Below are positions 1 through 10,900 of a stretch of DNA of 35,447 bases, one piece after another (within the stretch, counting starts at the first letter, position 1; every line of letters begins with the position of its first letter). The notes below the pieces were generated by a model. It made no database searches. It was not told where the DNA came from and worked only from the letters and a program-made list of their open reading frames with translations. The position numbers and the translations under genes are program-made. The DNA is from Candidatus Aenigmatarchaeota archaeon (GTDB lineage: Archaea; Aenigmatarchaeota; Aenigmatarchaeia; QMZP01; QMZT01): positions 1-35,447 of the forward strand of contig JAGGYQ010000074.1 of assembly GCA_021162425.1 (NCBI GenBank), written 5' to 3'.

Positions 1-24
1 AACCCCCAAAAACCTCATATCCAT
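1..24 (-). CDS. Possible 5' end of a divergent gene running off the window (MDMRFLGV...)
   Basis: Minus-strand ATG at 24, open to the window edge, with TTTATA about 23-28 nt upstream; only 8 codons visible. Confidence 0.3.
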
Positions 25-127
25 AATTAAAAATTACCCGCGGAAATATAAAAAATTATCATGATAAACATTTCTCATAAAACCAATTAAAATTCATTAT
101 AAATATAAGTTTAAACAAAATATTTAT

Positions 128-856
128 ATGCCTGCCAGACCCAAATCTTCTGTTCAGAGGGTGAGTTCAGGTATCCCTGGATTAGACGAACTCATTGAGG
201 GCGGATTTGTGAAAGGCTCAACCATTCTTGTGACAGGTGGGACAGGGACAGGAAAGACGACATTCTGCTGCCAATTCCTCTGGCACGGTTTAAAGAACGG
301 AGAACCAGGTGTTTACATAACGCTGGAAGAAGACCCAGATGACATAAAAGAGGACATGAAAAGGTACGGCATGAACTTTGACGAATACGAGAAAAAAGGA
401 ATATTTAAAATGGTATATCAAAACCCGTTCGAGGTCTCTGAGATAACCTCGAATGTTGTTGATATCATAAACTCTATAAATGCTGTGCGTGTTGTTCTTG
501 ACCCAATCTCGCTTATTGGAATGTACATAAAAGACCCTGTGGTGTTGAGGAAAAAATTATTTGAACTCATACGTGTCCTGAAAAGAACGGGCGCGACGAT
601 TCTGATAACTTCGGAGATATTGGAAAGCGATATGGGTGAAAATGTTGGCAGTCTCTCGAGGTTTGGCGTTGCTGAGTTTGTGGCAGATGGTGTGATAGTT
701 TTGCACTTTTTTGGAATAGGTGAAATTTCATCACATTCACTACTAGTAAGAAAAATGAGGCGAACAAAACACAGTGTTGATATTTATCCTTTTGAGATGA
801 AACGTAACGGAATAGTGGTTAAGAAAAATGAAGCAACAAAAACCATTATGAGATGA
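128..856 (+). CDS. Single-domain KaiC/RAD55-like RecA-superfamily ATPase
   Basis: SSGIPGLDELIEGG start, Walker A GGTGTGKT, YITLEE, EFVADGVI, KMR motif. Confidence 0.9.
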   Translation: MPARPKSSVQRVSSGIPGLDELIEGGFVKGSTILVTGGTGTGKTTFCCQFLWHGLKNGEPGVYITLEEDPDDIKEDMKRYGMNFDEYEKKGIFKMVYQNPFEVSEITSNVVDIINSINAVRVVLDPISLIGMYIKDPVVLRKKLFELIRVLKRTGATILITSEILESDMGENVGSLSRFGVAEFVADGVIVLHFFGIGEISSHSLLVRKMRRTKHSVDIYPFEMKRNGIVVKKNEATKTIMR

Positions 857-876
857 GCAGATGGTTTCACCCAAAA

Positions 877-1062
877 CTACAAATCGTTTACTAACTTGTC
901 GATTTTCTCAATGATCATAAGTTTAAACATTTCTGGTTCCTCTTCTACGGCCCTCAATATGCTCAGAAAAAATTTGATTCTGACTCTTGCGTCGTATTCT
1001 TTTTTCAAAACAAGGTTCATCGAATTTATCACATTTTCAGGGGTTGGTCTTTCATACTCCAT
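877..1062 (-). CDS. Small hypothetical protein (61 aa)
   Basis: ATG-started ORF filling the gap; helical, charged composition; divergent from the wHTH gene. Confidence 0.55.
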   Translation of the reverse strand: MEYERPTPENVINSMNLVLKKEYDARVRIKFFLSILRAVEEEPEMFKLMIIEKIDKLVNDL

Positions 1063-1157
1063 ATGTATATATTTTCGAGTATATTTTTAAACTTTTCGGT
1101 ATTAAAAGTACGTTTTTAGTACGATATGGCTATAAATCATGTCCCTTAATTAAAATC

Positions 1158-1499
1158 ATGGCTCTGGAAAACCTAATTTTCAACCTCGAGAAAAAATACA
1201 GTTTACCTATTCTAATTCTTTTGTATTTCAAAAACGGCTTGACGTTTGATCAAATATATGACCTCTCAATAAGCTACAAATCAGAGTCCATGGGAACGGG
1301 CAAAATGAAGGCGTTCATGGAGAAAAAAGAGAAATACGGTGCTATTTCGAGAGAAAGCATAAGCAGGGCAGTAAGCGAATTGCTAAAGGCAAGGTATATC
1401 AAAAAAGAGGCAAGGCTGATGAGAGGGAAAGCGTATATAACCTATACACTAACCAACAAAACAAGAAAACTCATGGATAAATACTTCAGAAAGGATTAA
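1158..1499 (+). CDS. Winged-helix (HxlR/MarR-like) DNA-binding protein, 113 aa; start reassigned to ATG 1158
   Basis: KYSLPILILLY..GLTFDQI...ISRESISRAVSELLKARYIKK...YTLTNK wHTH pattern; the longer ORF-track start would overlap the divergent ORF. Confidence 0.7.
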   Translation: MALENLIFNLEKKYSLPILILLYFKNGLTFDQIYDLSISYKSESMGTGKMKAFMEKKEKYGAISRESISRAVSELLKARYIKKEARLMRGKAYITYTLTNKTRKLMDKYFRKD

Positions 1500-2167
1500 A
1501 TGAATCCTGCTTCTTTCAGGCTTGTGTATTTTCCATTACCAATTATTATATGGTCTATTATTTCGATACCCATAAGTTTCCCTGCTTTCGCCATGCGCTT
1601 TGTCATTTTTATATCATCCTCGCTAGGTTCATGGCCGCCTGACGGGTGATTGTGAATGAGTATAACTCCAGACGCAAATTCAGAGATGGCTGGATAAAAA
1701 ACCTCTCTTGGATGAACAGCGTTCGTGTTAAGTGTCCCTATCGAGATTACATCCTTCTTTATTACAGCATTTCTCGTATCAAGATATAAGGCGATGAGGT
1801 ACTCTTTTTTACACTTCTCGATTTCTTTTGCATACTCATAGGCATCTTCAGGTGATTTTATAATCCTTTCTTTTTTGCACGAAAACAGCCTTCTGCCCAG
1901 TTCTATTGATGCGAGAAGTTTGCATGCTTTCGCGTTGCCAATACCCTTTATTTCTCTCAGCGCTCTGAAATCAAGCGATAGCAGGTCTTTGCTTCTGAGT
2001 AGTTTATCTGCAAGCTTAATGGCATTTTCACCTTTTGTTCCAGAGCCAAGAATGATCGCTATAAGCTCGGCATCGGTAAGCAATTTCTCATTCGTGCTCA
2101 TTAGTTTTTCTCTTGGTCGTTCAAATTTTGGGAGGTCCCTTATTCTTACTTTGTATTTAACTTTCAT
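1496..2167 (-). CDS. radC: RadC-family JAB/MPN domain protein
   Basis: ERPREKL, LTDAELIAIILGSG, HhH IKGIGNAKA, VHPREVF, HNHPSG..PS.DD, DHIIIG. Confidence 0.95.
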   Translation of the reverse strand: MKVKYKVRIRDLPKFERPREKLMSTNEKLLTDAELIAIILGSGTKGENAIKLADKLLRSKDLLSLDFRALREIKGIGNAKACKLLASIELGRRLFSCKKERIIKSPEDAYEYAKEIEKCKKEYLIALYLDTRNAVIKKDVISIGTLNTNAVHPREVFYPAISEFASGVILIHNHPSGGHEPSEDDIKMTKRMAKAGKLMGIEIIDHIIIGNGKYTSLKEAGFI

Positions 2168-2244
2168 TAAATAAAATTTATAGCTCTTGATTATAAATCT
2201 GTCGCAGTTCCAATTTTTATAGGCAGAAAAATAAATTAATTAAT

Positions 2245-2859
2245 ATGAAAGCCCAGACTCAAGCGGTGACAATGATTATGATAACAGGCGTTATTATTGC
2301 GCTTGTTGGCGCAGCGTACATGTGGGGGAAGCCGATGATAGATAAACGAACAACATTAACGCAATTTCTCTCGGCAACAAGATTTATGCAGACCCTTGAC
2401 AAAAAAATAGTTGAGATGGCTGGGACATGCACAACTCCGGGGGCATGCAGAGAAACATTAAACCTGCCCATCGGAGGCATTATAAGACTGGATGAAGAGA
2501 ATAATTCAATAATATACGAGTTTCGTGTCCCCCAGCCTATGATAACGAGGGACAAGGTTCTGTTGAACACAATCGACAATGGAACAGTCGCCCGCTACGG
2601 TGAAACACCTGCTGTTTTGAGTGTGTTGGGATACAAACCACCAGGAAGCAATGCATACACATTGAGGTTTGCTTTGAGGTACAGGGAACTTGATAACGAC
2701 CAGATAAACAAGGGATACAAAATTATTTTGCAGAAAGACGGGAAAGCATCTGGGAATAGCAAGGTGCTGATAACATACATGGGTTCGGCGGTGGAAAATA
2801 AAGGCGCAGCGAACAAGGGTGACCTTGTTATAACAAAAATAGGCGTTCAAGCCATGTGA
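2245..2859 (+). CDS. Archaeal type IV pilin-like protein (class III signal peptide)
   Basis: MKA|Q followed by a hydrophobic helix, then a beta-rich domain; next to ATPase and Tad genes. Confidence 0.75.
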   Translation: MKAQTQAVTMIMITGVIIALVGAAYMWGKPMIDKRTTLTQFLSATRFMQTLDKKIVEMAGTCTTPGACRETLNLPIGGIIRLDEENNSIIYEFRVPQPMITRDKVLLNTIDNGTVARYGETPAVLSVLGYKPPGSNAYTLRFALRYRELDNDQINKGYKIILQKDGKASGNSKVLITYMGSAVENKGAANKGDLVITKIGVQAM

Positions 2860-2894
2860 AGTTTCATTTATTTTAGTGCTGACAATATTAAATC

Positions 2895-3314
2895 ATGAAA
2901 AAATCTAAAGGACAGACGCTTGTTTTTGAGCAGGTTCTTATTTTTACAATGGGAGTCGTAATATTAATAGCGATGTATGCCTTGTTTGTCATGTATCAGA
3001 ATTTTTACACATCTGTGACCATGTCGGACCATGCAAGGCAGGTTAAGGAATACATAGCCTCGGCTGTTCTTGAGCTTTCTAAATATGATTTTAATTCATC
3101 ATCTGTTATTGAAATACCTGAGAGAATAGGAGGATATATATACAAGGTCAAATTATCGAATGCTGGAATTAACATCACGTTTGTCGGTAAAGAATTCAGC
3201 GACTTCTCGCACATTTTTAATTTGGGGGACATATACGAACTTTCTGGAACTGCTGTCAGCGAGAGCGGAAAAATAGTCATAGAGAAAAAGGGCAACAAAA
3301 TAAGACTGAGGTAG
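2895..3314 (+). CDS. Archaeal type IV pilin-like protein (class III signal peptide)
   Basis: MKKSKG|QTLVFEQVLIFTMGVVILIAMYALF cleavage motif and hydrophobic helix. Confidence 0.8.
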   Translation: MKKSKGQTLVFEQVLIFTMGVVILIAMYALFVMYQNFYTSVTMSDHARQVKEYIASAVLELSKYDFNSSSVIEIPERIGGYIYKVKLSNAGINITFVGKEFSDFSHIFNLGDIYELSGTAVSESGKIVIEKKGNKIRLR

Positions 3315-3425
3315 ATATGTTTTGAAGAATTTAATGTTGTCTGTTCACGTTGGTGAAAAGAACCATGGGCATGATTTTGTTGATTTATAAGAAGGTAAAA
3401 TCAATTATAAAATACGGTGGGGTGA

Positions 3426-5225
3426 ATGAGAATAAGGCGTATCAGGATAACCAAGAAACCAAAAATTTCTGAACGGCCCGGTCCGATGGCAGCAAAAATA
3501 ATAAAAAAATTGAAAAAGGGTCTTGTTGCGAAGAGAAAGATGCACGAAAAGCAGAGCAAGAACATTTTCTTCTTTTCGGACAGAGAGGTTGTGAAGCAGC
3601 CTGTTACACCACAGCCAACGCAGGTCATTGCTCCGAGCATTGTGATAAAGGAATCTCACGGCGTTGATATTGAAATACCAAAAATGCCCATGCCCTTGAT
3701 AGCGCCTATGTCTACGGAAGAAAAAGAGATGTTGAGAAACGTAAATATATCGTATCCGCTAATACCAAAACACCCAAAAAGAAACCAAAAAGTCTATGCA
3801 TATGCCAGAATAGTGTGGGATAAGGACCTCAGTCAGCTGGTTTATTTGGTGGTTGAACCACATATATCATCCAACGAAAAAAAGATTATAGACGATATAA
3901 AAAGAGAGTTGGAAGAACGGCTTGACATAGATTTCATGAAACTCGGAGAGATACGAGCCAAAGAATTGCTCAAAGAGGAAATAAAAAATATAATATCCAC
4001 TATGGAAGGCGTTGACCAGAGGAGATTAGATGTTCTTCAGTATTACATAGAAAGGGATATAATAGGTTTAGGCGAGATAGAACCGCTTATGAGAGATGAC
4101 GAAATAGAAGATATTTCATGCGATGGTGTCGGCATACCTATTTACATCTATCACCGAAACCCGCTATTCGGTTCCATGATGAGCAACGTCGTATTCAACA
4201 ATGCAGATGAGCTTGACACATTTGTCATGAAACTCTCCCAGAAATGCGGCAAATCCATTTCTGTCGCCGAGCCTATGGTGGAAGGAAGCCTTCCTGACGG
4301 CTCGAGGGTTCATGCTGTCCTCGGGACTGACATCGCTCGAAGAGGCTCAAACTTCACGATAAGAAAATTCACAAGAATACCGCTGACACCGATTCACATG
4401 CTTGAATATGGGACGCTCAATTCCACGCAACTTGCCTATTTATGGCTTGCCATAGAAAACAGAAAATCCATTTTGATTTCGGGTGGGACAGCAACAGGAA
4501 AGACATCACTGCTTAATGCTTTGTCGTTGTTCATACGCCCGAGCATGAAAATAGTTTCTATAGAAGACACGCCAGAACTTCGCTTACCACATCCGCATTG
4601 GGTTCCAGAGGTTGCAAGGACACCAATATCCGAAGGAAAGCGCACGGGTGAGGTAAGTCTGTTTGACCTGCTAAAAGGTTCGCTGAGGCAGAGACCCGAC
4701 TATATAATAGTGGGTGAAGTTAGAGGGAAAGAAGCGTATGTGCTTTTCCAGCAAATGGCTACTGGTCATGCTGGGCTGGCAACGGTTCATGCTGCGAGTT
4801 TGCCTCAGCTCATAGATAGGCTGACAACACCTCCCATAAACCTTCCACCAACGCTTATACAGAACCTTGATGTGATAGTCTTCCTTTTGAACGTAAGGGT
4901 GAAAGACCGCTATGTTAGGCGTGTCCACCAAATCGTGGAGATAACAGGTGTGAAAGGAGATGTGCCATCCACAGTTGAAATCTTCAGATGGAACCCCATG
5001 GGGGACAAATTCGAGACAGTTGGAAAATCCATGGTGCTTGAACATATTGCAAAATCGCTCGGTCTCACAGAGGCGAGCCTGAAAGAGGAGATAAGAACCA
5101 GAAAAAGAATACTTGAATGGATGAAAGAAAAGAAAATGTTCGACTACAGAGAGGTTGCAAAAATTGTAAATGCTTATTATTCCAATCCTGAGAAAATAAT
5201 AGCAATGGTCGAGGAAGAATTGTGA
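3426..5225 (+). CDS. Type IV pilus/secretion ATPase (VirB11/TadA/ArlI family)
   Basis: IEDISCDG, SNFTIRKF, Walker A GGTATGKT, SIEDTPEL, LRQRPDYIIVGEVRG, MATGH; GGGGTGA SD-like sequence before ATG. Confidence 0.95.
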   Translation: MRIRRIRITKKPKISERPGPMAAKIIKKLKKGLVAKRKMHEKQSKNIFFFSDREVVKQPVTPQPTQVIAPSIVIKESHGVDIEIPKMPMPLIAPMSTEEKEMLRNVNISYPLIPKHPKRNQKVYAYARIVWDKDLSQLVYLVVEPHISSNEKKIIDDIKRELEERLDIDFMKLGEIRAKELLKEEIKNIISTMEGVDQRRLDVLQYYIERDIIGLGEIEPLMRDDEIEDISCDGVGIPIYIYHRNPLFGSMMSNVVFNNADELDTFVMKLSQKCGKSISVAEPMVEGSLPDGSRVHAVLGTDIARRGSNFTIRKFTRIPLTPIHMLEYGTLNSTQLAYLWLAIENRKSILISGGTATGKTSLLNALSLFIRPSMKIVSIEDTPELRLPHPHWVPEVARTPISEGKRTGEVSLFDLLKGSLRQRPDYIIVGEVRGKEAYVLFQQMATGHAGLATVHAASLPQLIDRLTTPPINLPPTLIQNLDVIVFLLNVRVKDRYVRRVHQIVEITGVKGDVPSTVEIFRWNPMGDKFETVGKSMVLEHIAKSLGLTEASLKEEIRTRKRILEWMKEKKMFDYREVAKIVNAYYSNPEKIIAMVEEEL

Positions 5226-5232
5226 TGAATAT

Positions 5233-6081
5233 ATGATAGAAAATATTGCATATAAATTGTTCGGAAAACTTGTGAAACCTTACATAGACTATTTCGAAGG
5301 TTTGGGGCTTCAGCTCAGACAAGCCAAAATGAAATACAGCGTAGAGGAGTATGTCTCAGTTTTGTTTTTTTCGAGTCTTATAGCATTTATCGTGGTCATG
5401 CTTGCTGGGTCTTTCTACGTAACCATCATGACCATTCATCCATCGTATGCCTATACATTCTCAATAATAATTTCTCTGGTTTCTGCTGCTGGCACGTTCA
5501 TACTGGGGTATTACTATCCAGGCATAAAGGGCAGGAGCATAAAAAGCAGAATAGAAAAATCTTTACCTTTTGCAACAATTTACATGTCTACTGCTGCGTC
5601 GTCCGACGTGCAACCTGCAGAACTTTTTAAAATAGTCTCGATGCATGGTGGTGAGATAGGCAAAGAATGCGAAAGGATTTACAGGGACATACACATGCTT
5701 GGTATGGATTTGAATACTGCCCTAACAAAAGCCGCTAACAGAACACCTTCCAACAAATTCGCAGAGCTTTTGTGGGGCATGATATCTGTGATAAACAGGG
5801 GAGGTGACCTTGGTGAGTATTTGGCAGGCAAGTCCAGAGAGTTTATGGGAGATTTCAGACGCTCACTCAACGATTATTCAAAACAAATAAGTTTTTACAC
5901 AGAGATTTATATAACGCTGATAATTGTAGGAACGCTCTTTTTCATAGTTCTCTCATCCATAATGTCCCCGCTTGTCGGAGGTGACATACTTTTCATACAG
6001 ACGCTCATAGTTTTTGTTTTTGTTCCTGTAATTTCAGCCATTTTTCTATTCCTGCTGAAAAACATCTCGCCTATGAGTTGA
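5233..6081 (+). CDS. Type II/IV secretion F-domain membrane platform protein (TadC-like)
   Basis: IEKSLPFATIYM, ALTKAANRTPSNKFAELLWG, multiple TM helices; follows the ATPase. Confidence 0.88.
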   Translation: MIENIAYKLFGKLVKPYIDYFEGLGLQLRQAKMKYSVEEYVSVLFFSSLIAFIVVMLAGSFYVTIMTIHPSYAYTFSIIISLVSAAGTFILGYYYPGIKGRSIKSRIEKSLPFATIYMSTAASSDVQPAELFKIVSMHGGEIGKECERIYRDIHMLGMDLNTALTKAANRTPSNKFAELLWGMISVINRGGDLGEYLAGKSREFMGDFRRSLNDYSKQISFYTEIYITLIIVGTLFFIVLSSIMSPLVGGDILFIQTLIVFVFVPVISAIFLFLLKNISPMS

Positions 6082-6085
6082 TAAC

Positions 6086-7024
6086 ATGGTTAAAATAAGC
6101 AAACAAAGGAAAATTTTGCTGATTTCGTTAATTGTTGCTGTAGGTATGATAACAGGTTTTTCTGTTTTCACCCAAGATGTCGGAATAATAGTAAATGTCG
6201 GTGTGATATGTATGTTCATCGTCGTGACTCCATTGTTTCTTTACAGGTATCTTGAGTTCCTCTGGATAAAGTCAGTCGAAAAAGAATTCCCAAATTTCAT
6301 GAGAGACCTTGCAGGATTTAAAAAATCTGGTATAACCCTATCAGAGGCTGTGAAGATGGCAACACGAAATAAATACGGGAAGTTAACACCAGAGATTCAG
6401 AAGTTTGCCAACCGCCTTTCTTGGGGTGTGCCTTTCCTTCGTTCACTCGAAATATTCGCCAAGAGGTTCAGGAGCTCCATGATAATAAGCGAGGCTTTGG
6501 ATATACTCAAAGAATCATATTTATCAGGCGGGAAAATAGACAGAACACTTGACTCCATATCCAAAGATATGATGCTGTTGAGGGAAATTGAGGAAGAGCG
6601 AAAGTCAGTTGTTCGTCAGCATGTGATGATAATGTATGGGATATTCTTTATGTTCACAGGTGTTTCGTTGGCGATAATCTACGTTCTTTTACCAATGATG
6701 GCTCAGCCACAAGCCCAAACAATGGGTATGCAGTCTCCTATGTCCTTGACGTTCGAAGACCCATGCAGCGGACTACAGGCAACTTTTCCATGCTCTTATT
6801 TTGATGTGGTGTGCAAGGCATTCACAGTCCCCAAGGGCATGGGATGTTATTATGTGTCGTTATTCTTTACAGTTTTGCTGATTCAAGCCATATTCATGGG
6901 TCTTATTGCAGGGCAGTTGGGTGAAAATTCTGTTATTGCGGGCGTAAAACATTCGCTGATAATGTTAGCATTTATATTCGTTATATTTATGTTTATAGTG
7001 AGGGCTGGTTTGCTACCGTTTTGA
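6086..7024 (+). CDS. Type II/IV secretion F-domain membrane platform protein (TadB/C-like)
   Basis: EKEFPNFMRDLA..KSGITL, YGKLTPEI, C-terminal GLIAGQLGE..GVKHS. Confidence 0.88.
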   Translation: MVKISKQRKILLISLIVAVGMITGFSVFTQDVGIIVNVGVICMFIVVTPLFLYRYLEFLWIKSVEKEFPNFMRDLAGFKKSGITLSEAVKMATRNKYGKLTPEIQKFANRLSWGVPFLRSLEIFAKRFRSSMIISEALDILKESYLSGGKIDRTLDSISKDMMLLREIEEERKSVVRQHVMIMYGIFFMFTGVSLAIIYVLLPMMAQPQAQTMGMQSPMSLTFEDPCSGLQATFPCSYFDVVCKAFTVPKGMGCYYVSLFFTVLLIQAIFMGLIAGQLGENSVIAGVKHSLIMLAFIFVIFMFIVRAGLLPF

Positions 7025-7058
7025 GTCAAACTTATAAAACAATCCTACAATAACCATT

Positions 7059-7910
7059 ATGGAGTCGCTATCGAACTTCACATACGAATATTTTGTGAAG
7101 CCTATACTCTCGAATGGCTGGTTTAATCCTGTAAACTCGATAACCTATGGCGTAATTCTTGTTGTCTGCGTTTACTTTGTTTTCAGACTGCTCAAAAAGA
7201 TGAGCATAAAGATAGACAGGTATTTCACATATGCAATACTTCCCTTCATATTCTGGGCAAGCACAACGAGAGTTTTGCATGATGCCGCTTACTATGGAGC
7301 GCTGACAGGTAAGATTGGTGAGTTTTATTCACTCCCAATATTTCCCACACCTGGAAGTTATTTTATCACATTTATGCTAGCTCTCATAACGCTTCTGGTT
7401 TCATTGCTCTTTCAGAAGTATTTGAACATATCTTACTGGAAGGTTATGGTTGCCATAGGCGTTGTTCTGGATGTTGTGAACGTTGTACTTCTTCCTATAG
7501 TTGATTTGTTTCCAATGGCGGTTATTCTGGGTTTGACTGCTTGCTGGTCTGTTGTGTTCTTTGGTTTGTGGAAGTTGTTTGAAAAAACGAGGTTCGAGAC
7601 ACCCAAGCGCATATTTACAATGGGGAATTCAAGTTTGCTCAGCGTACATATGCTTGACGCCAGCGCCACTTACGTCGCACTCACATTCTTCGGTTATCTT
7701 GAGCAGCATCCCCTTCCAAGGTTTCTGATAGGATTGACGAATCCCGCTGCAATGTTTTTCCTGAAGCTTGCTGTTCTCATACCTGTTCTTTATGTTGTGG
7801 ATACACATACAGAGGCAGGGGATTTCAGAAATTTTTTGAAGATTGTGATACTTATCCTCGGTCTGGCACCCGGGTTGCGAGACATGATAAGGTTGATGGT
7901 GGGAGTCTGA
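7059..7910 (+). CDS. DUF63-family archaeal membrane protein
   Basis: FNPVNSITYG, RVLHDA, TPGSYF, HMLDASAT, YLEQHPLP, LGLAPGLRD motifs. Confidence 0.85.
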   Translation: MESLSNFTYEYFVKPILSNGWFNPVNSITYGVILVVCVYFVFRLLKKMSIKIDRYFTYAILPFIFWASTTRVLHDAAYYGALTGKIGEFYSLPIFPTPGSYFITFMLALITLLVSLLFQKYLNISYWKVMVAIGVVLDVVNVVLLPIVDLFPMAVILGLTACWSVVFFGLWKLFEKTRFETPKRIFTMGNSSLLSVHMLDASATYVALTFFGYLEQHPLPRFLIGLTNPAAMFFLKLAVLIPVLYVVDTHTEAGDFRNFLKIVILILGLAPGLRDMIRLMVGV

Positions 7911-7918
7911 TGTTTAAG

Positions 7919-10900
7919 TTACTGGCATTGCAAGCCCAAATCGCTTTTTAATTTCTCAAATTGTTCAGGTGTGTAGTCAGCGTATTTGTCTATTTCTCCT
8001 TTATCTCTCATATCCTTCCATATATCATAGGCTTTTTCACAATCCTTCGAACTCATGTGCCCGAAACAACAAACAGATGTTGCACCTATGTCTCTGCATT
8101 CCAATGAAACAGGTAACGGCGGAGTCGTTGCTTTGTCATTGCATAGCCTGTCCTTTCTGCAATCGTCGTCAGACCTGCAACCACCCATTCCCAAATCACA
8201 ATGTGTATAACCTCTTGCTATTCTGTCAGCGCAATATTCTTCAGAGCCCGGTTCCTCTGCTGTCAGCGATTTTATGCATGTATCTCTGAAATTGAATAGT
8301 GTATCCTTTCTTTCCCATCTGACAAATGTGTATTCGGCGCTTGCATTAATAATATATGTTTTCTTTGGCACGCCTTTTAACACATCTGGCATGCCCTGGA
8401 ATCGGCAGAATCCTTGACTACCAAGAAATATTTCAGTTCTTCCTGTACTGAATGGTTGCCTTGTACCCTTTAGATTTGTGCATTGGATGTTCTTTGCACG
8501 GGTTAGGTCATGAGGTATTTCGATGCGGACATTTGGATTCCTTATTCTGCTTCTCGGACCTTCTGCTGATGTTAGGTTAAATCCTATGAAGAACGGGAAA
8601 TCTTCGCGGAGTGGCTGGTCCATTGTTCCAAGATTGAGATTTGCTGGCGATGTGCTCAAAACGGATTGCACCTGTTTTCTTGTGAGTTTGTTTTCTTTTG
8701 ATAGCCTGTCCCATTCATCCTTGCTTATGAAATCTATGCTTAGTGAAGACTCGGACTTGTAGTTGTATTCAATCAAAAACAGCATGGGTATATATTTTTC
8801 TTTTACTGTGTGCTTATGTCCGCCGAAAAAATCCCTCCATTCGCTTTTTTTGATATCCTCGCATGAGACAATTCCGAATATGAAAAGCGGAACGATATCC
8901 TGACGCTTTATTATGGTTTTCTTTTCAATGGGCAGCGAGTAAATATAAACAGGGGATTCGGCGCTCGCCACGTGAAATAATTCTTTTTTGAGGATGGGGT
9001 CGTCGCTTTCGGTTAGTGACAGTTCCTTGTCTTGGAATTTGAAGTTTATAAGCGGAAAGGTTGTCACAAGTTTTACAGACTGTAGCTCGGCATCATACAT
9101 GCCTTTGTTTTCAAGCTCGATTTCTATCATGAAATCTTCATCCACGTAAACTGATGGGATTGAAATCTTTCTTATCTCCAGACCATACGCACCTGCAGGG
9201 CTTATCTCATCGCCTATGTGTTTGCCCTCAGTTATTTGTTGTGCGAATCCCATAGGATTTGTGAACAATAACCAGGTCTGTCCGAATGTCTTCTGGAATT
9301 GGAAGAAAAGGTCGCCAATGGGTTTAATGACCTCGGCTACTGAGTTATGGATAGTAGGCCACCACTGACCAAATATGGCGACTCCAACCGACTGCTGGCC
9401 AACACCCATTCCGAATATAACAAAACCAATTGTAAGTATTAGCACACCCATCCATGGTCTGGTCTCGGCTGGTGTTGTAAGACCGGCGACAAGCCCGAGA
9501 ATCCATACCGCACCGAACACGATGCCCGCTGTCCCTTTAAAGAATCCGCCAACAAATGAAAAGCCATAAACAATCGCGAACAACAGCATTATGGCTATGA
9601 ATATTAGTTTATCTATCATTTCGTAACTTTCTGCAGTCGGAGATGCTATTTTACCGAGCGCTCTTATAACGTTGTTCTTCTCAGTTGCTACAGGGAAAAC
9701 AAAGAAAAACGCGAGTGTCAGCCAGCCGAGCTGAGGCGCCTGAAATATACCTGTTCCTTGCTTTAGCCCAAAAATGAAGACTGCAATGAACACGGCCAAA
9801 AGCACCCTTACAGCTGATTCTATGAATTCATCAGGCTTTGTTGGGTCAAAGGATATGGGAAGCGTAAAATACATACCGAATGCTAACAGAAGCAATAACA
9901 GGTTTGACAACGGAAAGCTTGCAGAATACAATCCGAATATGAAACTTATCAATGCCGCTAACTTCAAGACAGACCTCAGAAATGCCAAACCTGTGTTTGT
10001 TCTGTTTTCATGCGTGGCGAAAAGACTTCCGAAAAAGAATATGGTGGGATTTTCCACAATTTCTATTTTCTCAGGTTCGGGCAGTATTTCTCGAAAAGCC
10101 CAAAAGAGGAAACCAAGCAAAAAGCCCGTGTTTCCCAACAGTGCAGAGATTGTGATACCCAAAATTATTAACACAAGAAAGAAGAAAATGCCTTTTACCT
10201 TGTCCCCAGATTTTTCTGACAACCTTCTGATGGGGTCAAGTAATCTATGCTTTACCCGCCACTCCTCTATGGGTTCTTTGTCTATACTCTCTTCTCTTCT
10301 CATCCTTCTTTCTTTCACTTTTTTAGATATTTCTCCTTGAGATTTCTGATAAGCCTCTTGCTCTTCTATGGGGAATCTTTGACTGTCTCTATCGGAAAAT
10401 CCATGGTCTTTTATTAAACTTTGATCAACTAATCTTTCACCATAACTATCTTTTGGTATCTCATTTGCACTTATATCCGCAAAACCAAAATTATCTATAT
10501 TCGCGCTCGCTTTACCTATTAACTGATTTATCCCCTCTAACTGGTTTCTGAAATCTATTTTACTGCCTTTGATTTTTCCTTTGAATTTTCCAGTGTTAGT
10601 ATCGTATGTCAATCCGTATTTTCCAGCTAATTCTCCTTTAAGTTTGTTTTCAAGATCCTTCAATTGTTTTTTCATGATAACTTTTCTATTCTCTTTCCAT
10701 TCCCTGTAATATTGTTCAGATAGCTGAATTTGTATGCCCGCTATAATGGTGAAAACAATTCCTTCGTCGGTACGGCTGTAAGCGGGTGCACCATGATAAG
10801 GACAATAAAAACTGTAAACTCTTTTTGTGTGCGCGCCTGCAACATCGGTCGCAAACACGCGAAGGGGTCCCCCACACCTCGGACATCTATCGCTTATAAT

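Noticed and set aside
1496-2167. radC as a marker of an integrated mobile element
   Set aside because: It is the full-length chromosomal-type RadC, and no integrase, transposase or att-like repeats were seen nearby.
3315-3425. 18-codon ORF (MLSVHVGEKNHGHDFVDL) and TTGATTT/AAATCAA inverted repeat (3380-3404)
   Set aside because: No SD or motif support, and an AT-rich 7-bp repeat is plausible by chance.
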